DNA from: a virus
Taxonomy: Duplodnaviria; Caudoviricetes
IMG/VR virus record: IMGVR_UViG_3300015207_000465
Location: 39,410-103,409 of that record
Direction: 5' to 3' (one strand)
Length of the DNA: 64,000 bases
This document shows, in pieces, positions 6,088-15,604 of the stretch. How positions within the stretch are numbered: the first letter of the stretch is position 1; each line of letters opens with the position of its first letter. The notes beneath the pieces were generated by a model that worked only from the letters and a program-made list of their open reading frames with translations, was not told the DNA's origin and did no database searches. A program made the position numbers and the translations under genes.

Positions 6088-8336
6088 TAATCAACCATGA
6101 GATATATTACCCCCTTTATACCGACAAGGAGCATTTCATCATCCTTGTTACGGGCGGTCGTGGCTCTGGTAAATCATTCGGAATCGGCGGCTTCATAGAA
6201 CGCCTATCGTTTGAATTGAAGCGCAAAGGCTATTCCAATTCAGACACCGATAAGATAGTCCACAACGTACTTTACACGCGCTACACGATGACGAGTGCCA
6301 GCATTTCCGTTATCCCCGAGTTCTTGGAAAAGATAGACCTTGACGGCACGGGCAGGTATTTCCGCACAACGAAATCGGATATTGTCAACAAGATGACCGG
6401 CAGCCGCATCATGTTCCGCGGCATCAAGACATCATCGGGCAATCAAACCGCCAAGCTGAAATCAATTCATGGCATCACAACCTTTGTATGCGACGAAGCG
6501 GAAGAATGGACTTCTGACCGCGAGTTTGAAACAATCGCCTTTTCCATCCGTCAGCCGGGTATCCAAAATAGGATTATCATCATAATGAACCCGACCGACA
6601 GTAATCATTTCATCTATCAGAAATACATCAAGGATACGCACCGGATTGAGTATTTTGACGGATTCCCCGTGCAGATTTCCACGCATCCGCAAGTGCTTCA
6701 CATCCACACTACATATCTTGACAACAAAGCCAATCTATCGGAAGAGTTCATCAAGTCTGCACAGGAGATGAAAGAGCGCGACCCGGAACGGTACGCCCAC
6801 ATCTTCATGGGCAGATGGGCAGACGTAGCCGAGGGTGCGGTCTTCAAGAAATGGGGCATCGTCAAAGAATTTCCGAAAAACTGCAAACGTGTGGCCCGCG
6901 GTCTTGACTTTGGATATACCAACGATGTCAGCGCGTGCGTGAAATGCGGCATCATCGGAAACGACCTTTACATCGACGAACAATTCTTCAAGTCCGGGAT
7001 GCTTTCTTCCGAGCTGATAAAAGCACTGCGCGAAGATGATTCTTTCGTCTACGCCGACAGTGCCGACCCGCGACTGATTGACGAAATCGCCCTCGGTGGC
7101 GTAATCATCTACCCGGTTGCGAAGCCAGCCGGAAGCATCATCGCCGGCATAGAAAAGATGAAATCGTTTGACAACATCTTCATCACGGAACGCTCGCTGA
7201 ATGTTCAGGACGAGTTCAGAAATTATGTGTGGGCGAAAGACAAAGATGGTAACTACATCAACGTGCCGGAAGACAGATTCAACCACTGCTTTACAGGCGA
7301 TACACTAATCATGACAACAAAGGGACAAATACCCATCTCGGAAATAACCACAAATGACTATGTGCTAACATCAAATGGTTGTAAAAGAGTAGAAAACACA
7401 TTTAATAATGGACTCAAGAAGATATTGCATATTCGGTTGATTTTTGCTAATTTTGTAGTTGAGTTAAAAGGGACACCAGACCATAAAATAAAGACAGTTG
7501 ATGGATGGAAACAACTACAAGAATTGACAAAAGGGGATGTGCTATACTTGTGCAAACCTTTAATGGAAAGGAGTACTCGCTCTATCCCGGAGAAAGATAC
7601 TTCTCGCGAGGATGTAAGCGATTACACCGCGTCGTCTGGGAGTATTATTACGGTGCAATCCCCAAAGGGTGTCACATCCACCACAAAGACGGTGATACCC
7701 ACAATAACGAAATCGGAAACCTCGAAATCGTGGAGTGTAAAAAACACCTATCGCTACATGCTGAAGAGCACAACGACAATCCTGAAATGCTTGCCGAGCT
7801 GCGTGATAGAATGGATTATGCCAGAGGGTATGCAAATAAATGGCATCGTTCAGAAGAAGGCATCGAATGGCATAGAAAACACGGCAAAGAGGTGGCAGAG
7901 AATCTTGAGCCGATTGAATTTACGTGCCAATGGTGTGGAAAGAAGTTTATGTCCAAGCCATGTGGAGCTAACAAATTCTGCTCAAACGGATGTAAAACGA
8001 AGTTCAGATACCATTCCGGTATTGACAACGAAACAAGAATTTGCAAGCAATGCGGCAAAGAGTTTGTCGCAAACAAATACTCACGAACTTACTATTGCTC
8101 CCGGCGATGCTCGGGATTGCATAGCGCAGCCGTGCGTCCTGAAAGGGATAGAGATAGTAGCGGAAAATACCGCTAAAGTATACGACATACAGGTTGCTGA
8201 CATACACGAATATTTTGCAAATGGAATACTCGTGCATAATTGTGTCGATGCCTCTCGCTACTATGTCTTGGGCTGCATCCTTGGCAAAATACTCAAGCCG
8301 AAGAATGTAAAGAAATCTGATTTAGGAATATTCTAA
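6084..8336 (+). CDS. terL: Terminase large subunit (PBSX-type) containing an intein
   Basis: Walker A GGRGSGKS, Walker B FVCDEAEE, GLDFGY nuclease motif; NH|C.DA.RY motif interrupted by the intein. Confidence 0.95.
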   Translation: MIINHEIYYPLYTDKEHFIILVTGGRGSGKSFGIGGFIERLSFELKRKGYSNSDTDKIVHNVLYTRYTMTSASISVIPEFLEKIDLDGTGRYFRTTKSDIVNKMTGSRIMFRGIKTSSGNQTAKLKSIHGITTFVCDEAEEWTSDREFETIAFSIRQPGIQNRIIIIMNPTDSNHFIYQKYIKDTHRIEYFDGFPVQISTHPQVLHIHTTYLDNKANLSEEFIKSAQEMKERDPERYAHIFMGRWADVAEGAVFKKWGIVKEFPKNCKRVARGLDFGYTNDVSACVKCGIIGNDLYIDEQFFKSGMLSSELIKALREDDSFVYADSADPRLIDEIALGGVIIYPVAKPAGSIIAGIEKMKSFDNIFITERSLNVQDEFRNYVWAKDKDGNYINVPEDRFNHCFTGDTLIMTTKGQIPISEITTNDYVLTSNGCKRVENTFNNGLKKILHIRLIFANFVVELKGTPDHKIKTVDGWKQLQELTKGDVLYLCKPLMERSTRSIPEKDTSREDVSDYTASSGSIITVQSPKGVTSTTKTVIPTITKSETSKSWSVKNTYRYMLKSTTTILKCLPSCVIEWIMPEGMQINGIVQKKASNGIENTAKRWQRILSRLNLRANGVERSLCPSHVELTNSAQTDVKRSSDTIPVLTTKQEFASNAAKSLSQTNTHELTIAPGDARDCIAQPCVLKGIEIVAENTAKVYDIQVADIHEYFANGILVHNCVDASRYYVLGCILGKILKPKNVKKSDLGIF
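7287..8240 (+). mobile_element. Intein (318 aa) in TerL nuclease domain
   Basis: Begins CFTGDT, block B GTPDHKI, ends VYDIQV..HEYFANGILVHN followed by Cys+1. Confidence 0.92.
7505..8176 (+). CDS. HNH endonuclease with C-terminal Cys-rich zinc fingers, in an alternative frame inside the intein
   Basis: LHRVVWE...IPKG.HIHHKDGD..NN...NL HNH motif plus two CxxC...CSxxC repeats; 223 aa. Confidence 0.88.
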   Translation: METTTRIDKRGCAILVQTFNGKEYSLYPGERYFSRGCKRLHRVVWEYYYGAIPKGCHIHHKDGDTHNNEIGNLEIVECKKHLSLHAEEHNDNPEMLAELRDRMDYARGYANKWHRSEEGIEWHRKHGKEVAENLEPIEFTCQWCGKKFMSKPCGANKFCSNGCKTKFRYHSGIDNETRICKQCGKEFVANKYSRTYYCSRRCSGLHSAAVRPERDRDSSGKYR

Positions 8337-8347
8337 CACTACCAGAT

Positions 8348-9805
8348 ATGACAAACTATTTACAGCAACTCTTAACTTACTTCCGAAACCTTACGCTGAA
8401 TAGCGTTGGGGTTAATCGCACACTTTATCAGTTACTTCAAGACAAGGACATCAACCGCGCCCTTGAAATGATGGAAAACCACGATGACGAGGTTGACCAA
8501 GCTATCAAGGAGTACAATCCGCAGACCCATGATGTTATGAAACGCCCTAACAAATTCCGAAAAGGCGAAGACCCATACATCACGGAAAAGCTACCGCGCA
8601 CCCGCGCCCGCTACATCAACGAAATTGAGCTTTTCTTTCTCCTCGGCAATCCTATTGAATGGAAGAAAGAAGAGGGCGACGATGACGGCTACACGCTTTA
8701 CACGGATTTCTTGAAAGACCAGTATTTCAACTCGCGCATTAGACAGGCGAAACGCCTCGCCGGGTCGGAAACCGAATCAGCCCTTATCTGCCACATCTAT
8801 CGCGACGATGATACCGGCGAGCGCAAAATTAAGATGAATGTCTTGGCGCGTTCCACCGGCTATCGTCTGCGTCCATTGTTCGATACGATTGGAAACCTTG
8901 CCGCCTTTGCCTACGGATACGTCACAAAAGAGGGCGGTCGCAGTGTTCAACACTGGGATTTCCAAACGTCAAAGATTTTGGCTTTCTGCAAAAAGTCCTC
9001 TATCGGCTGGGAGGTGGAAATATACCCCAATCCCACAAACAAAATCAACGTCATCTATTTCCGTCAGCCGAAAGCATGGGATGGCGCGGAACAGCGCATC
9101 AACCGTGAGGAGATGCTTGACAGCAAAACCGGTGACACCAACAATTACTTCTCAGACCCCATCGCCGCCGCTTCCGCAGATGTCATTCAGTCTATGGTTG
9201 ACCCCGCGAAACCCGGCAAGCTGATTCAGTTGACTGGCGAAAAGTCGCGGTTTGAATACATCAATCCGCCGCAGTCTTCGCAGACCCGCGAATCGGAACA
9301 ATCCAACCTTGAAAGGAGTATCCTTTTTGACACCTACACACCCAACTTTGATACCGAGGCTATGAAAGGCTTCGGAACATTATCCGGCGTGGCTATCCGC
9401 AACGCTTTCATCCTTGGCTACATAAAGCGTGACAACCGCAAGGAAATCTACGAAGAGCTTATCGGTCGCTTCCGCAACATCGTTATCGGAATACTCATCT
9501 TTGAGCATCCTGACAAAAGGGCGGCTCTTGAGTCACTCAAAATCAAGTTTGAATTTGCGGAACCGTTCACTGCCGATAAACAAGCCAAATGGCAATCCAT
9601 CGCCCAGTTGTTCCAAGCCGGTCTTGTTTCACTTGAAACCGCAGTAACAATGCTGTCGCTGACCGATGCGCCGGAAGAAGAAATCAACCGCCTGTTGAAA
9701 GCTGCAGAGCAGAAGCAAGAGCAGGATGCGCCAGCTTCCGAACCGGCAAAACAAGAACCGGCGATGCCTCTCGTTAGCGTTCCGCGCAACCCCATCTCCG
9801 CATAA
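8348..9805 (+). CDS. Portal protein (SPP1-like)
   Basis: 485 aa directly after TerL; LLGNPI and G..SG.A...F motifs. Confidence 0.85.
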   Translation: MTNYLQQLLTYFRNLTLNSVGVNRTLYQLLQDKDINRALEMMENHDDEVDQAIKEYNPQTHDVMKRPNKFRKGEDPYITEKLPRTRARYINEIELFFLLGNPIEWKKEEGDDDGYTLYTDFLKDQYFNSRIRQAKRLAGSETESALICHIYRDDDTGERKIKMNVLARSTGYRLRPLFDTIGNLAAFAYGYVTKEGGRSVQHWDFQTSKILAFCKKSSIGWEVEIYPNPTNKINVIYFRQPKAWDGAEQRINREEMLDSKTGDTNNYFSDPIAAASADVIQSMVDPAKPGKLIQLTGEKSRFEYINPPQSSQTRESEQSNLERSILFDTYTPNFDTEAMKGFGTLSGVAIRNAFILGYIKRDNRKEIYEELIGRFRNIVIGILIFEHPDKRAALESLKIKFEFAEPFTADKQAKWQSIAQLFQAGLVSLETAVTMLSLTDAPEEEINRLLKAAEQKQEQDAPASEPAKQEPAMPLVSVPRNPISA

Positions 9806-9919
9806 ATCTGCCATTGTTTCATATCTGGATGCGCCACGCTCTGTGTTAAGGGTGTGGCGCATTGTTTATGTAGACATCGCACTATCAGCCAATTAAAGTA
9901 TTTACTTATATTAACAATA

Positions 9920-10005
9920 GTTAAAAATAACAATATGCTTTAATTTTTTGGCTTAAAAATTTGGTAGATTAAAGCAAAAGCTATAACTTTGCATCGTAAT
10001 CAAAA
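9920..10005 (+). promoter_or_regulatory. Repeated early promoter cassette (copy 2)
   Basis: TTTGGTAGATTAAA...TAACTTTGCATCGTAATCAAAAAC. Confidence 0.7.
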
Positions 10006-10028
10006 ACAAACCCAATAAGTAATAAGAT

Positions 10029-10226
10029 ATGAAACGTTACAAAGTAAACAAGGTTGAAAACGGCAAGCAGACAACACTCGCCAGCTTCAACACCGCAAAT
10101 GAAGCAATCGACTATGCTACTGCATGGTCAAACGAGATGGTCAAGGCAGCCAAGCTCAAGCCGGCAGAACTTGACGAACTGCGCAAGACCATAACCCGCG
10201 AGGTTACAACGCTCAAAATTTTCTGA
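10029..10226 (+). CDS. Hypothetical protein
   Basis: ATG ORF directly after the promoter cassette. Confidence 0.6.
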   Translation: MKRYKVNKVENGKQTTLASFNTANEAIDYATAWSNEMVKAAKLKPAELDELRKTITREVTTLKIF

Positions 10227-10495
10227 CCCGGATATGGATATACAACACTTGCGGAAGCCCCACTTTCGCAAGCTATTGTTTCTTCATTATCGACATACGC
10301 AACCGGGCAAGAGAATAAACAAGCGTAAAACGCCCCAGATTTAGCGTCTGACGGCTTTTGCGACCCCAAAATGATAAGACGTACCACTCGCACGTCAAAC
10401 GCCGTTAAAAACGTCTTTGTCGCATTAATATGGCTATTCTATATTGCCGACCATAATAGCCGGCGCATTGTCAAACAAAAAAAGATTGATGAAGC

Positions 10496-10699
10496 ATGAC
10501 ATTACAGGAGTTTCAGCAGCAATCCATCACCCATATCAACAGGGGATGGAACGGTGAACGAGCCGCACGTCTTCTTGCCAAATTTAACGACAAGAAAGAG
10601 TGCGTGAGGATATTCAACCGGTGCAAACTTATCGCATATCGGAATTGCATCTCTATTGGCGATGCCCGGCATCACTTGATTAGCCACGGCAAGGTATAG
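10496..10699 (+). CDS. Hypothetical protein
   Basis: 67-aa ATG ORF. Confidence 0.55.
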   Translation: MTLQEFQQQSITHINRGWNGERAARLLAKFNDKKECVRIFNRCKLIAYRNCISIGDARHHLISHGKV

Positions 10700-10739
10700 G
10701 CGGCAGCAAACAAAGATGGCAAAAATGACGTTATAATAA

Positions 10740-11180
10740 TATTCTTATTATTCTTATCATTCTTATCATTCTTTTAATATATTATATTCTTTATTCTTGT
10801 TTATGGCTGAAAAAGTGTTTTTGCGAAAATTAAGCCTATTGCAAAAGATTGAATGATAAGGCGTTACAAAGGAATTTTGTTGGCGGTTTGATGTTTGCTT
10901 GATGGCGATTTGCTGGTTGTCATTATTAAGTAGTCATAGTCTAACACACTGAAAGCAAATAAATTCGGCACTGCATTTTGTTGGTTGTTGTTGCCGATTT
11001 ACTTAATCACTTTTATTAAGTAAAATCGTACAAAAATGGCGAAAAATAGCCCTTGATGGTTGTCTGATGTTTGCTTGATGTTTGTTTGTTGGTTGTTGGC
11101 TGGTTGTAAATTTTACAAAGTGCGACCTAAACGATTTAATTTCAGTGTATTGTGTTGGCGTTTTGTTGGTTGTAACAAAA
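10740..11180. repeat. AT-rich, strand-skewed repeat region (ATTCTTATC tandems; TTGTTGGTTGT and TGATGTTTGCTTGATG repeats)
   Basis: Tandem 9-mers at ~10741-10775 and several dispersed imperfect repeats at ~10875-11175. Confidence 0.6.
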
Positions 11181-11237
11181 AATCCACCGAAGTAGCGCAA
11201 CGATGGATTAATAGGAAGCCGGGTAAGGATGATTGAC

Positions 11238-11855
11238 CTATGGTTGGACGTTTCCAAGAACGAAAACCGTCATGTCGCAGTCCTTCCTTGTGGCGATATA
11301 CCCTCCTTTGGCGAGTTTTTCAAATGATGATTCCACATCCGTGGCATCTATTCCGAGCGTTTTTGATACCATCTCTATCGTAATGCAGAAAGGCGCATCC
11401 GATGCTGATTTAATGCCGTTCCGCAGATAGCAGTAGATGGCTATGTCGTTGTTATTCAATGGTTCATTTACGGCTGGTAATACCTTGCTGTTGGCAAGTT
11501 CCTCTTTCAGACTCTCCGCTATCCCTCGTGTTCGTCTGAAAGTTTCCGACAATGATTCCGGCGACCATTCCGCTTGCTTGCGTTCAAGCTCCATCCATCG
11601 CAGTATAAGTCGTGCGCGGGCTTCGTCGTTAAACTTGGTGGCGATGTAGAGGCACTCTTCCTTTGTCAGATTGTAGCACGGCAGGACGCGCCCGGTTGCG
11701 TCGATATATTCACTGAGCCGAAATTTTGACCCAGTGACTTTAACCCATGCCATTTCCATCTTTCGGATAGCTTCAAGGACATGACGATGTTGCTTGTTGG
11801 CGATTTCCGCTATCTGGAGCGAGGTCATTGTGGGTTGGTGAATAGGTGGATTCAT
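11238..11855 (-). CDS. Rha-family phage regulatory protein with C-terminal wHTH-like domain
   Basis: MTSLQIAE...KQH.HVL.AIR, Y.D..GR..PCY.LTK.ECL..ATKFNDEARA.L..RW.ELE. Confidence 0.88.
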   Translation of the reverse strand: MNPPIHQPTMTSLQIAEIANKQHRHVLEAIRKMEMAWVKVTGSKFRLSEYIDATGRVLPCYNLTKEECLYIATKFNDEARARLILRWMELERKQAEWSPESLSETFRRTRGIAESLKEELANSKVLPAVNEPLNNNDIAIYCYLRNGIKSASDAPFCITIEMVSKTLGIDATDVESSFEKLAKGGYIATRKDCDMTVFVLGNVQP

Positions 11856-11867
11856 ATTGTTTTCGTT

Positions 11868-12041
11868 TTAGTTGATTTCAAATTCATCATCGTAAAGGTC
11901 GATGGTCGCGCCGCTGCTGAATTGGATTGTGAAGCGGTATCCGTTGCGTCCTACGATTGTTCCGCGATGGTATCCACGCCACGGCTTCTTTAACTCTACT
12001 TGTTTTCCGTATTCCGGGAAATCTATATCTTCTTCGTACAT
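11868..12041 (-). CDS. Small hypothetical protein (57 aa, MYEEDIDFPE...EFEIN)
   Basis: Read by hand; below the ORF-track cutoff; co-oriented with neighbours. Confidence 0.55.
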   Translation of the reverse strand: MYEEDIDFPEYGKQVELKKPWRGYHRGTIVGRNGYRFTIQFSSGATIDLYDDEFEIN

Positions 12042-12093
12042 TATTATGGGTGTTGTGGGCGACCCGGCTTGACGAGCCGCCCGTTTTGACTTT

Positions 12094-12357
12094 TTATGCT
12101 ATTACGGATGATTCAATCAGCTCGGTGTCGATGGCTGCGAAAGGTATGTCAACCTCGTTGCCGTCTTCATCGCACGTCCACACACGATAGCTGAATATGT
12201 CGAGAGTGGGTTTGTTCTGGGCGTAGACCGACACAACAATGTCGTTTCCGACCTCTATGGCGAGGTTGAAATATCCGTGAACCACCGGATTGAGTGCGGC
12301 TACTGCTGCGGCCACGGCAAGGGATGCTGTCTTTGAATCGAATTTGAATGATTGCAT
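12094..12357 (-). CDS. Hypothetical protein
   Basis: ORF with probable start MQSFKF after an A-rich leader. Confidence 0.55.
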   Translation of the reverse strand: MQSFKFDSKTASLAVAAAVAALNPVVHGYFNLAIEVGNDIVVSVYAQNKPTLDIFSYRVWTCDEDGNEVDIPFAAIDTELIESSVIA

Positions 12358-12383
12358 AGTCTTTGGTTTTATTGGGTTGATGA

Positions 12384-12713
12384 TTATATCATTTTTACAA
12401 GGTTGCACTTTTTGAACGAGCGGTATTCCTGTTTGTCGGTATCGAAATACACTTGCACGGTTTCATTGGCTTTGCGACCCTTACCCTGTGTTTCAGGGAG
12501 GCGGTGTGGGTCAAGTGTGCCAAATGCCTGTCTGAGCGTCCCGTCTATTTTCTGATAGAAAAACTGAATGATGCCGCCACGCATGGCCTTTGTAAGTTTG
12601 GCGTTAAGCCATGCCGCCTTGAGGGCTTCGGCCATAGTGTAGCCGTTTCTCTTAACAAACATCCATGCGGTCTGCATAATGTTTCTAAGGGTTGATTTTC
12701 TTTCGTTGCTCAT
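12384..12713 (-). CDS. SH3/WYL_2-like (DUF2693) protein, paralog 1
   Basis: F.YQK.DG.LRQAFGTL...YFDTDK.EYRSFKK.NL. Confidence 0.8.
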   Translation of the reverse strand: MSNERKSTLRNIMQTAWMFVKRNGYTMAEALKAAWLNAKLTKAMRGGIIQFFYQKIDGTLRQAFGTLDPHRLPETQGKGRKANETVQVYFDTDKQEYRSFKKCNLVKMI

Positions 12714-12733
12714 ATCGATTGTTGTTATTGGGT

Positions 12734-12937
12734 TTAGAATATGTGATTGCCAGCAAATTCAGGTACTGCATCAAAACCGGCGATGTCGATGCCCTCATCA
12801 AGTATGAAAGAAGCGATGTTGTCAATGCTACTGTTGGCGTAAAGAATCGCCTCGTCGCGCTTGCGTACTACCTGATAGTAGGTCTTGCCGTAATCGCTGA
12901 CCATCTCAATCTTATAGGGGTTGTTTCTTTTGTTCAT
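12734..12937 (-). CDS. Hypothetical protein
   Basis: Start MNKRNN downstream of a minus-strand TACCTTTG promoter motif (~12970). Confidence 0.55.
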   Translation of the reverse strand: MNKRNNPYKIEMVSDYGKTYYQVVRKRDEAILYANSSIDNIASFILDEGIDIAGFDAVPEFAGNHIF

Positions 12938-13101
12938 ATCTTTGTTGTTTGATTTGATGTTGCAAAGGTAAATCAAATAAATGTATCTTAGAAACAAAAA
13001 TAAATCTTTAACATTTGTTTAACACTCGCGAAGTACATTTATTTGGTGGATTAAATTATTCTCTTTAACTTTGTGCCGCATAATTAAAGTAATCACCAGA
13101 A

Positions 13102-13380
13102 ATGACGATACGACTAAAAGAAGTAATGAAAGAGAAAGGTGTTACAGGGCGCGAATTAGCGACTCGGCTTAATACGACACCTCAGTACATAAGCAACATT
13201 ACAAGTGGGCGACAAAATCTGTCGCTTAACGGAATAGATGAAGTTGCAAAAGCATTGGGTGTTGAACCGTGGGAATTGCTTGTTTCTCGCGAGCAGCTCG
13301 CCAATTACAAATCCGATAGTCTTATGACGCAATGTCCCCATTGCGGAAAGCCAATAACAATCAAAACTACAATAGAATGA
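13102..13380 (+). CDS. XRE/Cro-C1 HTH regulator with C-terminal CPHCG zinc knuckle
   Basis: RLKEVMKEKGVT..ELA.RL...QYIS.I..G..N.S...I..VA.AL.V. Confidence 0.9.
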   Translation: MTIRLKEVMKEKGVTGRELATRLNTTPQYISNITSGRQNLSLNGIDEVAKALGVEPWELLVSREQLANYKSDSLMTQCPHCGKPITIKTTIE

Positions 13381-14099
13381 AACATTTACTTAAACCAGCA
13401 ATCATCCTTGTTTTGGGAATGATTGTCTTATATCTCCAATCATGCGACCGACCTAATCAAGTTGATAATACGCTATTTGGGTTTCGTTTTGGGCAAACAC
13501 AAATGGAAGTTGATAGCGTTGCGTCTAATAGAGGTTTCCGAAAACTTGCATGGGTCAATTCCACCGGTTATGAGGGACGACTTGATACGCTTGGTGTTAG
13601 ATGGATGCAGATAGAAGCAAGGTTTGAAAAAGATTCTCTCTGTTCCATTGCACTACTCGCGCATAAGGATTCGGAAGATGATGGTCGTGTTTTCGAGAGT
13701 AAGATTAACGATGTGCTGGAAAACCATTTTCATGTATTCGGAAAGCGGTTAGAGCAAGAACCGTATGAAGAATATGGAGCATGGATTTTTGGCAATTACG
13801 TTGTTTCGTTTATCCCCAAAGGAGAATATTTTGCAGTTTTGCAAATATGCCCATATTCCGAAGATAATGCTAAAACGGCAAGGCTTGAATACATCGACTA
13901 TAAAATAGACGAGAACTTAAAGAAGCTCGCTAACGCTATGGCTGGTTATATTAAGGCAAGAGAAAGTGGTCAATCTACCATGAGGGAAGTTTATGTGGAT
14001 GATGTACGCTCTGCAAATGGTTTTCTAAATAAACATTACGACCTTATGACCCCCAGACAAAAGGAACTCTTTGACAAACTAAGGAATATTACTTATTGA
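13377..14099 (+). CDS. Lipoprotein (possible superinfection-exclusion or lysogenic-conversion factor)
   Basis: MKHLLKPAIILVLGMIVLYLQS-C lipoprotein signal; translationally coupled to the HTH gene; function is inference. Confidence 0.65.
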   Translation: MKHLLKPAIILVLGMIVLYLQSCDRPNQVDNTLFGFRFGQTQMEVDSVASNRGFRKLAWVNSTGYEGRLDTLGVRWMQIEARFEKDSLCSIALLAHKDSEDDGRVFESKINDVLENHFHVFGKRLEQEPYEEYGAWIFGNYVVSFIPKGEYFAVLQICPYSEDNAKTARLEYIDYKIDENLKKLANAMAGYIKARESGQSTMREVYVDDVRSANGFLNKHYDLMTPRQKELFDKLRNITY

Positions 14100-14120
14100 T
14101 TTATTTGGAATAAGCAAATA

Positions 14121-14156
14121 AGCGCATCAGTCATCACGACTGGTGCGCTTTCTTTG
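14121..14156 (+). terminator. Rho-independent terminator
   Basis: AGCGCATCAGTC-atcac-GACTGGTGCGCT followed by a T-rich tail. Confidence 0.7.
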
Positions 14157-14320
14157 TTGTATCAATGTTGTATCAATTTCCAGATATGCTGATAAAACAA
14201 ATTCGGCAACGCATTGGTATTGCGCGGAATAGAATTTAGCATTGTAGTGCCACCAGTACCACTAAAAAGGCGACACGCCTCTCGGCGCATCGCCATAGGA
14301 AAGGGTGTGTGAAAAAGGGG

Positions 14321-15604
14321 TCATTGTTGTTTGATTTCAGCAGTCACGCCGTTAGTGTCGGTCACGTCTGCCGGGTTAATCGTTTTTGCGGTATCGGGAT
14401 TTTCAGCAGCCACCGACAATCCTAAATCGCAGAAGCCCTTGCAAGCTCCGCGATAGCCGTTGAAAAATTCAGTGGCGGTCATGCGTCGCTTGTTCGGCAT
14501 CTGCAATTCAAGTACGGAAAGAAGATTGTCGCCACAGGCGATGTATAGCTTTCGGTCTTGCCAGAATAGCTCGCCGGGCGCATGGTGGCCACGCGGTATG
14601 TCGGTCTTTTCCGTTCTGAAAATCTTGACGCTCATGGCCTGCTTTCCAAGCATGGCCAGTGAAGTCCAAGCTGATGGGATTGGAGTAAGTGCGCGTATGA
14701 AGTCATAGACGTAATCGGCGGGCTTGAGCCACGGAATGATGCAGTCCTTGCGATGTAGCTTTGGCGCGTAGCATGGCTGGATGAAGTCACAGATAAGCTC
14801 CGACTGAGGAATGGGGTTGCATGAATGGGCTATGCGCTGGATTGCATCGTCTATCATTTCCGCGCCGGCAATGCGTAGCTTGATGTGAACGTCTTCCGCG
14901 TTATCATCTTCATCAATGCCGATGGCAAGATTGTTTATGATGCCGCCGGTGTCGATTTTGTCTTCAAGCATGAACGTTGTCACGCCGGTCATGGCATTAC
15001 CATCCTTGATTGCGGATGCGATGGTGGAAGCACCGCGATACATGGGCAGCATAGATGAGTGGAGGTTGATTGTACCCCACGACGGAATGGTGTATAGCGC
15101 ACGTGGCAGTATTCTGAACTCCACTACTACGCCGAGCGTCGCATGAAGATTGTGGATGTGCCGCAGAAATCTATTAGAGTCAAGTTTCCGTGGTTGAAAA
15201 ACAAGGATGCCCATAGATTCGGCATAAACCTTGACCGCAGATGGCCGCAGTTTCTTGCCACGCCCGCACGGTTTATCTTCCATAGTTACGACTGCCGCGA
15301 CATCATATCCGTTTTCAACAAGCATTTTTAGCGTGGGAAGCGCAAACTGCCCATTGCCGAAGAATATGATGCGTATTCCCTTGCGTGATACAGGCTTGTC
15401 AAAATCACGTTCCGGGTATGAAACAATATCAGTTTCGTCAACAATTACATAACCGCCGGATTTCTTCAATCGCAGAAAGTAAGAGCCATCATCTTTTGGG
15501 TATAAGATTTTGGCTTCCGTAAAAATACCGCCCCCATCATTACCGTGCAGGAGTCTGCTTGGAATTTGGACTGTCTGCCCGACGCGATAAAGAGGTGTTT
15601 TCAT
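14321..15604 (-). CDS. fmt: Methionyl-tRNA formyltransferase homolog, divergent, with ~75-aa N-terminal extension
   Basis: RIIFFG...FALPTL, VVT..DKP.GRG, INLHSSMLP.YRGA..I, TGVTTF....IDTG, YAPKL, IRAL.P.P.AW and ELQ...KRRM...F..G cover both Fmt domains. Confidence 0.92.
   Translation of the reverse strand: MKTPLYRVGQTVQIPSRLLHGNDGGGIFTEAKILYPKDDGSYFLRLKKSGGYVIVDETDIVSYPERDFDKPVSRKGIRIIFFGNGQFALPTLKMLVENGYDVAAVVTMEDKPCGRGKKLRPSAVKVYAESMGILVFQPRKLDSNRFLRHIHNLHATLGVVVEFRILPRALYTIPSWGTINLHSSMLPMYRGASTIASAIKDGNAMTGVTTFMLEDKIDTGGIINNLAIGIDEDDNAEDVHIKLRIAGAEMIDDAIQRIAHSCNPIPQSELICDFIQPCYAPKLHRKDCIIPWLKPADYVYDFIRALTPIPSAWTSLAMLGKQAMSVKIFRTEKTDIPRGHHAPGELFWQDRKLYIACGDNLLSVLELQMPNKRRMTATEFFNGYRGACKGFCDLGLSVAAENPDTAKTINPADVTDTNGVTAEIKQQ

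Noticed and set aside
7461-7486. GAGTTAA in frame with the nested HNH ORF, as a possible GTT start
   Set aside because: An in-frame TAA at 7484 closes the frame before ATG 7505.
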